Source of the DNA: Candidatus Colwellbacteria bacterium
GTDB taxonomy: Bacteria > Patescibacteriota > Minisyncoccia > UBA6257 > Colwellbacteraceae
Length of the DNA stretch: 56,283 nucleotides
Direction of reading: 5' to 3'
Assembly (NCBI GenBank): GCA_016176505.1
Contig: JACOXB010000007.1
Location: 1 to 56,283 of the forward strand
The notes under the pieces are model-generated. The model worked only from the letters and a program-made list of their open reading frames with translations. It was not told where the DNA came from and did not search any database. Of the stretch, positions 48,801 through 56,283 are shown piece after piece (position 1 is the first letter of the stretch; every line of letters starts with the position of its first letter). The position numbers and the translations under genes are program-made.

Positions 48801-50885
48801 ATGGCCAAGAGAAAGCGCCGCCGAAAAGGAGGGAGACCGCAAAAAAATAATCCCAAAGTCAGGTCCTCGCTTCATCCGGGTATCAGGACCAGCGTCTTTG
48901 GCATTATTGCTTTAGGTTTTGCAGTCATTTTTATGCTGGCCGGTTTTGCCAAGGCCGGGCCAGCGGGTGAAATTATTTTTAACCTCCTTGATCGACTCCT
49001 CGGCTGGGGTTATTTCTCTGTACCGCTTGTTCTCGTCTTAATCGGCATGGGCCTCTTGACTCATCCGGAGCGAGCCGTCATCAGTTCCTCGCTTATCGGC
49101 GCTGTTATCTTTATTAGTGCCGGTCTTAGTATGATTGATATTCTCGCGCCAGAGAAAGCCGGTTCGGCCGGTATTCTTTTCGGTAATATTGAAAATCTTC
49201 TTGGCTATGCTGGCTCGTTTGTTTTCGATCTAATGATTCTTTTAGCCTCTCTCTTGGTTGTGCTTAATATCCCTCTGACCTTAAAAATAAAGTGGCCAAA
49301 GCGAGAAAAAGGAGTTACGCCTCCTGCTAAAGAAGAAAAACTAGTGATTACGCCAGAGCCGACCCTAGAAATTCCGACCGAGGAAGAAACACTGACTAAA
49401 GAAGAAGCGAAAATAACAAAAACCACCGAAACTCCTGCGCTGGTGTCTACTGGCGAGTCAATAATTAAGACTCGCCATTACACTCCGCCGCCTTTAGGTC
49501 TTTTGAAAACCGCGACTGAAAAACCAACAGCCGGCGACCTCCGGGTTAATGCCACCACGATTAAACGAACTCTTGAAAGTTTCGGCATCCCGGTTGAGAT
49601 GGGCGAAATTACGATCGGCCCCAAAGTCACTCGTTATGCCCTGAAGCCGGCTGAAGGAATTAAGCTTTCGCGGATTCTTGCCTTGAACCAGGATTTGAGT
49701 CTGGCCTTGGCGGCTCATCCGATCCGAATTGAAGCGCCAATCCCCGGCCGAGCCTTAGTCGGCATTGAAATTCCGAATAAAGTAGCCAGCCTCGTCCGGC
49801 TCGGAGCTTTACTCGGTTATCCCGAGTTTAAAAAAACAAGTAATCTCGGTTTTCCCCTTGGCCGCGATGTTTCGGGCGAACCAATTTTTGTAAGCCTTAG
49901 TAAAATGCCTCATCTTTTAGTCGCCGGTTCAACTGGCAGCGGCAAGTCCATTGCCATCCATTCACTCCTTATTTCTCTCTTATATAAAAACTCGCCCGAA
50001 ACTCTCCGTCTGATCTTGATTGATCCTAAGAGAGTCGAGCTCTCGGTTTACGAGGATATCCCTCATCTTTTGACACCCGTCATCACGAACGGCAAAAAAG
50101 CGATCGCCGCTCTCCGCTTCGCCATTCAAGAAATGGAGAATCGCTACGAACTTCTGCTTAAGGCTGGCAAGCGCGATATCCTGGGTTACAATCTCGGCCG
50201 GCAAAAAGATTTTATGCCCTACCTAGTTATTGTGATTGATGAACTAGCTGATTTAATGGCTGCTTTTGGCCGGGAAATCGAGGCCTCCGTAGTCCGTTTG
50301 GCTCAGATGGCTCGCGCCACCGGCATCCATCTCGTTGTTTCAACTCAACGGCCATCGGTTGAAGTTATTACTGGTCTAATTAAGGCGAACATTACCTCGA
50401 GGGTGGCACTTCAGGTGGCGAGCCAGGTTGATTCCCGCACCATTCTTGACACTGGCGGGGCCGATAAACTCTTGGGCGGCGGGGACATGCTTTTTATCTC
50501 AGCCGAGCTTTCAAAACCTAAACGAATTCAGGGCGGCTATATTGGCGAGGATGAGATTAATGCGGTCACTGGCTTTATTAGAAAAGAAAATCCGATCGAA
50601 GAAGAAGAGGCCGAACTGGAAATGCAGTTATCCCGAGGACTGGAAGGCGCGCCCGGCGCTCATTGGGAAGCTGATTTTAACGAAGAAATTGATGATGAAC
50701 TTTATGAAGACGCGCTTCAAGTTGTAAGAGAAGCTAAAAAAGCCTCAGCCTCGCTTCTCCAGCGACGCTTAAAAATCGGCTACGCCAGGGCCGCGAGACT
50801 GCTTGATATAATGGAGGAGCAGGGCTTAATCGGCCCGGCTCGCGGAGCCCTGCCCCGGGAAATTTTCTCAAAAAACGAGGAGTGA
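48801..50885 (+). CDS. ftsK: DNA translocase FtsK
   Basis: 694 aa with a basic N-terminus, 4 TM helices, a linker, a motor domain with Walker A (GSTGSGKS) and a C-terminal gamma wHTH. Confidence 0.9.
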   Translation: MAKRKRRRKGGRPQKNNPKVRSSLHPGIRTSVFGIIALGFAVIFMLAGFAKAGPAGEIIFNLLDRLLGWGYFSVPLVLVLIGMGLLTHPERAVISSSLIGAVIFISAGLSMIDILAPEKAGSAGILFGNIENLLGYAGSFVFDLMILLASLLVVLNIPLTLKIKWPKREKGVTPPAKEEKLVITPEPTLEIPTEEETLTKEEAKITKTTETPALVSTGESIIKTRHYTPPPLGLLKTATEKPTAGDLRVNATTIKRTLESFGIPVEMGEITIGPKVTRYALKPAEGIKLSRILALNQDLSLALAAHPIRIEAPIPGRALVGIEIPNKVASLVRLGALLGYPEFKKTSNLGFPLGRDVSGEPIFVSLSKMPHLLVAGSTGSGKSIAIHSLLISLLYKNSPETLRLILIDPKRVELSVYEDIPHLLTPVITNGKKAIAALRFAIQEMENRYELLLKAGKRDILGYNLGRQKDFMPYLVIVIDELADLMAAFGREIEASVVRLAQMARATGIHLVVSTQRPSVEVITGLIKANITSRVALQVASQVDSRTILDTGGADKLLGGGDMLFISAELSKPKRIQGGYIGEDEINAVTGFIRKENPIEEEEAELEMQLSRGLEGAPGAHWEADFNEEIDDELYEDALQVVREAKKASASLLQRRLKIGYARAARLLDIMEEQGLIGPARGALPREIFSKNEE

Positions 50886-50886
50886 G

Positions 50887-51513
50887 ATGGAGGAAGAAAG
50901 GAAAACAATCGTTGAAGTGCTCGAAGAATTAATGGAGGCGAAACGCATCGGAATTAAGGAGCTCGCCGAAATTACTGATGTTCCGGAAAGATATGTTGAG
51001 GCCATCGTGGTCGGCAAATTCGAACAGCTGCCAGCAGGGCCTTATGTACGAGGGTATTTGTTTAAAATCGCTCATGCTCTTGGCGCTGATCCAAATCTTC
51101 TATGGCGAAGTTACGGCCGTTTTGTCGAAGCCACGGTAACGCCAAAAGACGATCGCCTACCTTCGAATCGCTTTGCCCTAAAGCGAGTGAGCACTCGCCG
51201 AGTCGTTATCGCTGCCGCCTTGCTTGCCATTCTTGTTTTCTTGGGCTTTAGATTAGATGACATCCTCGGCCGACCGAGCCTCAATGTTTATGTCCCCGAA
51301 ACCAGTCAAACTGATGTGATCGCCGTGACTGGTGATGTCTCGCCTGGCGATACCCTTACTTTAAATAATGAAGTTGTTTATCCTAACGAGGAGGGTAAAT
51401 TCGAAAAACAGGTTCGGCTTGAACCGGGTTTAAACAGCCTTGAATTTAGGGTCAAGCGTTTCCTCGGCAGAGAAACAAAAGTCGTTAAGCAAGTCTTTTA
51501 CAGACCGGAGTAG
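50887..51513 (+). CDS. RodZ-like HTH membrane protein
   Basis: 208 aa with an N-terminal HTH ([21 protein letters not shown]), a TM segment and a C-terminal beta domain. Confidence 0.7.
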   Translation: MEEERKTIVEVLEELMEAKRIGIKELAEITDVPERYVEAIVVGKFEQLPAGPYVRGYLFKIAHALGADPNLLWRSYGRFVEATVTPKDDRLPSNRFALKRVSTRRVVIAAALLAILVFLGFRLDDILGRPSLNVYVPETSQTDVIAVTGDVSPGDTLTLNNEVVYPNEEGKFEKQVRLEPGLNSLEFRVKRFLGRETKVVKQVFYRPE

Positions 51514-51523
51514 AATAAAGAAT

Positions 51524-52579
51524 ATGCCTCTTAAAAAGAAAGAGGAGAAAGCCGCCCCCAAAGGGCGCGAGCCTCGCCCAGGAACTGGGCGGGAAGATTT
51601 AGATAATCTGGTTTCGGCACTTCGGAGCAAGTTCGGCGAAGAGGCTATTATGAAGCTCGGCGAGTCAAAACCGGTTGATGTTGATGTTATTCCTTCAGGT
51701 TCGCTCTCGCTTAACCTGGCTTTAGGAGTGGGCGGTTTTCCTCGAGGCCGGGTTATCGAAATTTTCGGCCCGGAGGCGAGCGGGAAAACTACTTTGGCAC
51801 TCACCGTCGTGGCCCAAGCTCAAAAGCGGAGCGGCAAAGCGGCGTTTATTGACGCTGAACACGCTCTTGATCCGGAATATGCTAAAAACATCGGTGTTGA
51901 TGTTAAGAACCTGCTAATTTCCCAGCCGGATAATGGCGAGGAGGCCTTAAACATTTTAGAGAGCTTAGTTCGGTCGGGAATGATTGACGTAATTGTTGTT
52001 GATTCGGTCGCCGCCTTAACTCCGAAAGCGGAAATCGAGGGCGAAATGGGCGCTCAATTCATTGGCCTTCAAGCGAGATTAATGTCCCAGGCCATGCGGA
52101 AATTAGCCGCCATTACGGCCCGAGCCGAGACACTTATTATCTTCACTAATCAAATTAGGGAAAAAATCGGCATGATGGGCTGGGTCGGCGATCCGACCAC
52201 TACCCCTGGCGGCCGAGCCCTGAAGTTTTATGCTTCGGTCAGAATCGACATCCGCCGAATTGCCCAGATTAAAAAAGGCGACCAAGTAGTCGGGAACCGC
52301 ACCAGGGCTAAGGTGGTTAAAAATAAGGTGGCGCCGCCTTTCCGAGTCGCTGAATTCGACATTCTCTACGGCAAGGGTATTTCGTATGCGGCTGATGTCT
52401 TAAACCTAGCCACTAATTTCGGCGTGGTGAAACGCAGCGGTTCAAGTTATATGTTCGGCGAAGAAAGATTAGGCGTTGGCGCTGATAATTCCCGAATCAA
52501 ACTCGAAGAAGACAAAAAACTCCTCGCTCAAATCGAAAAACTAACTCTCGCGGCTATTGAGGAATCTGCTAAATCATAA
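51524..52579 (+). CDS. recA: recombinase RecA
   Basis: The start is set at MPLKKKEEK (51524). It has Walker A ([12 protein letters not shown]), FIDAEHALD and the L1/L2 regions. The track ORF starts upstream in the rodZ-like gene. Confidence 0.95.
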   Translation: MPLKKKEEKAAPKGREPRPGTGREDLDNLVSALRSKFGEEAIMKLGESKPVDVDVIPSGSLSLNLALGVGGFPRGRVIEIFGPEASGKTTLALTVVAQAQKRSGKAAFIDAEHALDPEYAKNIGVDVKNLLISQPDNGEEALNILESLVRSGMIDVIVVDSVAALTPKAEIEGEMGAQFIGLQARLMSQAMRKLAAITARAETLIIFTNQIREKIGMMGWVGDPTTTPGGRALKFYASVRIDIRRIAQIKKGDQVVGNRTRAKVVKNKVAPPFRVAEFDILYGKGISYAADVLNLATNFGVVKRSGSSYMFGEERLGVGADNSRIKLEEDKKLLAQIEKLTLAAIEESAKS

Positions 52580-52602
52580 ATAGAGTTTTTATCCTTTTCG
52601 TA

Positions 52603-52641
52603 AAGAACATCCCTGCCTGCCGGCAGGCAGGTCGGAGCGAG
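52603..52641 (-). repeat. 40-nt module with CCTGCCTGCCGGCAGGCAGG palindrome (copy B, inverted relative to 31330-31368)
   Basis: The minus strand reads CCTCGCTCCGA-CCTGCCTGCCGGCAGGCAGG-GATGTTCT. Confidence 0.65.
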
Positions 52642-52826
52642 GTTACCCGCCGGAGGCGGGCAGGTAAATAACTGAAGGAAGTCAGGAAGAAGAACGGGCG
52701 CGAACATTGCCTGAATCCCGAGCCGAAGGCGAGGTTGAGTTTGAGAGCGACCTAACCCTTCTTTGACCGATTGAAGCTTTATTTATCCGAGCGGAGAGCG
52801 TTCTTGAGAAAAGGAGAAAAGCGGTC

Positions 52827-53720
52827 CTACTTTATTTGGCTTTGGATGAAGTTCTTAATCTCGGTGTAGTTGTCTATGCCGGCCGAGGGTACGAGAGCAT
52901 AAAAAGCGCCGCTTCCCCAGGGAATCGAAGTGCTTTGAAGCAGCTTGGTCTCGAAACCGAGCACGATACTATTAAATTTAATATTGTTGATTTCTCTAGC
53001 CTCAGGCACTAATTCGCCAATACTGAAATTAGCTTTAGCTTTTCCGATTTCCGGCAAAAGTTTAAAGAAAAGCGCGGTTCTCCCCTGGGTATCAAGTTCG
53101 TTGAAACGCTTAAAAATAGCTTCAATAACTAAGTGTTGATTTCTCTCCCGGAAAAAATCGCCCTCGGGCGCGGTTCGGTTTCTAATTAACCAAACCGTAT
53201 CATCGCCGTTTAGGTGATGCGGCCCCTTGGCTAAATAATAGCCGCTCACCGGATCAAATACGCCGGCCGGAAGCAGAACATCAATTCCGCCAAGTTCGTC
53301 CACCGCTTTTTTAATCATCTCGAGATCAATCTCAATATATTTATCAGTCTTGATTCCGGTCATTTCCGGCAGCTTGACTAAGAGATCATTGATTTTATCG
53401 CGGCGGCTGACTTCATTTAATTTGAATTGCTCTCCGCCAAAAGTAACGAAAAGATCGCGAGGCAAGGAAATTAAGTTAACGGTTTTACTCTCAGCCCGAA
53501 AATAAACAAGTAAAATTGCATCAGCAAGCCCAGAGGCTTCGTGCCAGCGGCCGCCTTCACCTGGCGCCACCTCGCCAAGCACCAAAATGGCTAAATCTTC
53601 GCTTTTTTTATTTCCGTCTCCCAGGAAAGAATAGATTCGCTCGCGACTGAAAACCAGGGCCGAAAGAATAATAAGACCGATTAGGGCTAAGGAAATTAAA
53701 ATTATTCCTTTCTTAGGCAA
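52827..53720 (-). CDS. LytR-CpsA-Psr (LCP) family protein
   Basis: 297 aa with an N-terminal TM anchor. LISLPRDL and GGIDV-type segments are typical of LCP phosphotransferases. Confidence 0.85.
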   Translation of the reverse strand: MPKKGIILISLALIGLIILSALVFSRERIYSFLGDGNKKSEDLAILVLGEVAPGEGGRWHEASGLADAILLVYFRAESKTVNLISLPRDLFVTFGGEQFKLNEVSRRDKINDLLVKLPEMTGIKTDKYIEIDLEMIKKAVDELGGIDVLLPAGVFDPVSGYYLAKGPHHLNGDDTVWLIRNRTAPEGDFFRERNQHLVIEAIFKRFNELDTQGRTALFFKLLPEIGKAKANFSIGELVPEAREINNIKFNSIVLGFETKLLQSTSIPWGSGAFYALVPSAGIDNYTEIKNFIQSQIK

Positions 53721-54540
53721 TTTTTTGCTGACTGGCTAATTTATAAAAGTTTTCGAAAAGTTTAGCCACGAGAATGGGACCGGTCCCCCGGGGTGTGGGT
53801 GTATACATTAACTTATTACTCAAAACTAGTGACTCATTACTACTATCAAAATCCCCCTGCGGCTTGCCCTCGCTATATTCATAACCAAAGTCAATCACAT
53901 AAGCGCCCTTCTTTAACATCTCTGGCTTTACTAAGCCCGGCTCACCCACTCCCAAAACCACTAGATTTGCCTGTTCGAGGATTCCGAAGTCGCTAGCCTT
54001 ACCCAAAAGATAAACCTCGGCCGCCCGTCCCATAAGCCAAGTAGTAATAGGCTTTCCAACCAAAGCTCCAAATCCAATAATAGCCGCCTTCAGAGTTGGG
54101 ACTTCCAACTTATAAGTTATAAGTAATTCCTCGACCACGCCAACAGCTGGCGGTAAGACTGGGTTCCGCCAGTTGTAAAAAGAGCCTGAAGCGCGTTCAC
54201 CTAAAACATCGACGTCTTTCTCGCGGGGGATAACGTTTAGGACATAGTGGGGATTAACCCCTTCGGGCAAGGGCAGCTCAACCACGACGCCGCCAATATT
54301 CTTCCCGAGGGCAATCCTCCCAATCTCTGCCCGGACTATGTCATTATTCGCGCCTTCGATCTTATAAATTCTAAAATCTACTCCTAATTCTTTGGCTACC
54401 CTCTCTTTAATTTTCAAAAAGCTTAAAGAGCGCGGGTCATTGCCAACTAAAATTGCGGCAAGGATTTTTGAGGGAATCGGCTCGCTTTTTAGCTTTTTAA
54501 TTAAATCTTCGGCAAGCTTTTCGCCGGGAATCGCTGGCAT
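53713..54540 (-). CDS. folD: bifunctional methylenetetrahydrofolate dehydrogenase/cyclohydrolase
   Basis: 275 aa with the typical FolD pattern (ILVGNDP.S..Y...K, PTPRGTGP-like C-terminus TPTPRGTGPI). Confidence 0.9.
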   Translation of the reverse strand: MPAIPGEKLAEDLIKKLKSEPIPSKILAAILVGNDPRSLSFLKIKERVAKELGVDFRIYKIEGANNDIVRAEIGRIALGKNIGGVVVELPLPEGVNPHYVLNVIPREKDVDVLGERASGSFYNWRNPVLPPAVGVVEELLITYKLEVPTLKAAIIGFGALVGKPITTWLMGRAAEVYLLGKASDFGILEQANLVVLGVGEPGLVKPEMLKKGAYVIDFGYEYSEGKPQGDFDSSNESLVLSNKLMYTPTPRGTGPILVAKLFENFYKLASQQKIA

Positions 54541-55721
54541 AACTTTTTAACTCTAGTTTTAATATTAACCTCATTAGTCAAGGCGCCAAAGATTAAACTA
54601 GCCACTTCTTTCATTTCCTTTTCTTTCATCCCCCTTGTAGTCAGGGCTGGCGTGCCAAGGCGGATGCCGGAAGGCTTGAAGGGCGAGGTATCATCTGGCA
54701 AAGAATTCCGATTGGCAATAATACCGACTTTTTCTAACTTCTTCTCAGCCGTCATCCCGTCAAGACGAAGACCCCTTACATCAAGTAGAATTAAATGATT
54801 ATCAGTGCCGCCGGTTGAAAGCTTAAAGCCCAGTTTTTTTAAAGCTTCGGCGAGTGCCCTCGCGTTTTTTACAATTTGGCTCGCGTATTTTTTAAATTCG
54901 GGCTGGGACGCCTCGAAAAAAGCTAAAGCCATAGCTGCCGTAACGTGATTATGGGGTCCGCCCTGAAGTCCTGGGAAAACTGCTCGATCAACTAAAGACG
55001 ATAATTCTTTTCTTGAAAAAATAATCGCGCCCCTTGGACCTCTTAAAGTTTTATGAACAGTGGTGGTGACGACGTCAGCCCAAGGAAAAGGCGAGGGATG
55101 AACTTTAGAAGCCACAAGCCCGGCAATATGGGAAATGTCAGCTAAGTGATAAGCACCTACGCTTTTTGCAATCTCGCCAAATTTTTTAAAGTTAACTTTT
55201 CGAGGATAGGCAGTAAAACCGGAAACAATTATATTAGGCTTAAATTTTTTGGCTAATTTTTTAACCTCTTCGTAGTTAATCATTCCCTGACTATCAACTC
55301 CGTATTGAAAGCTCTGCCAGAATTTTCCAGTTGCCGAAACCGGATGACCGTGCGTCAGGTGGCCGCCAGAGGCTAATTTCATGCCCATAATTTTCCCGCC
55401 CTGGGGCACTAGGGCGGCATAAACTGCGAAATTAGCTGGGGAGCCGGAGTAGGGCTGAACATTAACCTGCCATTGCTTAGGGCTTAAACCGAAAAGCTTT
55501 AGGGCTCGCTCCTGGGCTAATTTTTCGATTTCGTCATAGTAAAAATTACCTGGATAATACCGCTTGCCTGGATAGCCTTCGGAGTATTTATTCGTCAGAG
55601 GGCTGCCTAAAACTTTTAAAATCTCAGCCGAGACTAAATTTTCCGAAGCGATTAGATCAAGCGTCTCCCCTTGGCGCTTAATTTCAGCCTTAATAAATCT
55701 CTCGAGTTTTTTGTCCTTCAT
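54501..55721 (-). CDS. glyA: serine hydroxymethyltransferase
   Basis: 406 aa with the PLP-lysine motif TTTVHKTLRGPRG and the GLIASEN-like LIASEN. It overlaps the folD start by 40 nt. Confidence 0.95.
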   Translation of the reverse strand: MKDKKLERFIKAEIKRQGETLDLIASENLVSAEILKVLGSPLTNKYSEGYPGKRYYPGNFYYDEIEKLAQERALKLFGLSPKQWQVNVQPYSGSPANFAVYAALVPQGGKIMGMKLASGGHLTHGHPVSATGKFWQSFQYGVDSQGMINYEEVKKLAKKFKPNIIVSGFTAYPRKVNFKKFGEIAKSVGAYHLADISHIAGLVASKVHPSPFPWADVVTTTVHKTLRGPRGAIIFSRKELSSLVDRAVFPGLQGGPHNHVTAAMALAFFEASQPEFKKYASQIVKNARALAEALKKLGFKLSTGGTDNHLILLDVRGLRLDGMTAEKKLEKVGIIANRNSLPDDTSPFKPSGIRLGTPALTTRGMKEKEMKEVASLIFGALTNEVNIKTRVKKLCQRFPAKSLPKI

Positions 55722-56283
55722 TAAAATCGGGGTTCAATAACCTCCCAATCAAGATGCATCCTCGGAATCATCATCTCCGGATTCCAGCCCTGCTTAAGCT
55801 CTTCAAGATTACCCTCCTCTTGATACTTGCCGCTCAACGAGTATTCTTCTTTGATTGGTTCAACCTCATAAAAAACCATTTGGGCTACGCGCCGGCCAAC
55901 CACAAGTGGAATTGAATAGTTTTTGGAGTTATTGGTAACCTCCATGGTCCAGCGATTAAAGTAACCGACATCGCCCCAGCCTGCGTCTTTACAAACTTCA
56001 ACAAAATTTCGGCCCATTGAAGAGCGAGCATACATTTTAGCCACCACCACTTTCCGACCGCCAATAAACTCCTGGGTGTGAGCGAGGATTGTCTCTCCCG
56101 GTCCAAGCAAAATAATTTTTTCTTCGGGTTTAATATTTTTAAAACTTAACCCTAGTCTTTCCTCAAGCACCTCAAGGGACTCAGCTTTATTGGGGCCAAG
56201 CCAAACTTTCCGGGTCGAATCTTCATCATAAAGGTTGTGAACCGTAGCCCGGCCATTCGGATGAGATTCTTTCCAATAGTAAT
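55721..56283 (-). CDS. dcd: dCTP deaminase/dUTPase-superfamily protein, partial (N-terminus beyond window end)
   Basis: The frame stays open to the window edge (..YYWKESHPNGRATVHNLYDEDSTRKVWLGPNKAESLEVLEERLG..). It has SSMGR and GW.D.GY......E..N motifs. Its first base overlaps the glyA start. Confidence 0.75.
   Translation of the reverse strand, partial: YYWKESHPNGRATVHNLYDEDSTRKVWLGPNKAESLEVLEERLGLSFKNIKPEEKIILLGPGETILAHTQEFIGGRKVVVAKMYARSSMGRNFVEVCKDAGWGDVGYFNRWTMEVTNNSKNYSIPLVVGRRVAQMVFYEVEPIKEEYSLSGKYQEEGNLEELKQGWNPEMMIPRMHLDWEVIEPRF

Overview
This is a 56.3-kb chromosomal window with most genes on the minus strand. It carries housekeeping genes (recG, tsaD, valS, infB, rbfA, rny, clpB, cysteine desulfurase, ftsK, recA, folD, glyA, dcd, murI, cca, NAD kinase, HU, Hsp20), two ECF-sigma/anti-sigma modules, 11 tRNA genes (none encodes CCA) and large repeat-rich surface proteins. 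The short IF-2, the ECF modules followed by coiled-coil membrane proteins and the giant Ig-repeat protein suggest a small-genome Patescibacteria/CPR-like bacterium; that is inference only. I saw no rRNA, CRISPR array, cas, transposase, integrase or reverse-transcriptase gene. Four things stand out. (1) Three homologous structured elements of about 120-190 nt (E1-E3) are each flanked by a duplication of the 3' end of the gene they follow (tRNA-Arg, tRNA-Ser, a GT2 glycosyltransferase). Each carries an inverted copy of the target sequence at its 5' side, and their hairpins keep position while changing sequence (compensatory changes). For E3 the displaced original gene end is still present and differs only by synonymous changes. 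(2) At least seven visibly GC-rich minus-strand expression cassettes (G1-G7) lie in intergenic positions of otherwise moderate-GC DNA. Each has a sigma70-like promoter, leader, strong SD and ORFs with no homology I recognise; most end in a GC-rich hairpin. Several share promoter or leader modules. G5 (about 2.4 kb) holds five small genes, including Zn-ribbon proteins, small membrane peptides and a cold-shock-domain/Zn-ribbon fusion. (3) An orphan consensus promoter plus intrinsic terminator brackets an ORF-less unit of about 95 nt, ahead of a densely structured 300-nt leader. (4) Smaller items include a leaderless two-gene wHTH/PLD-like operon next to tRNA-Ser, a PMM/PGM gene split at a stop-rich heptamer repeat, stop-dense GCTAA repeats, arrays of perfect palindromes, and a lysyl-oxidase-like protein. 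All functional calls rest on motifs read by eye; no database search or computation was possible.
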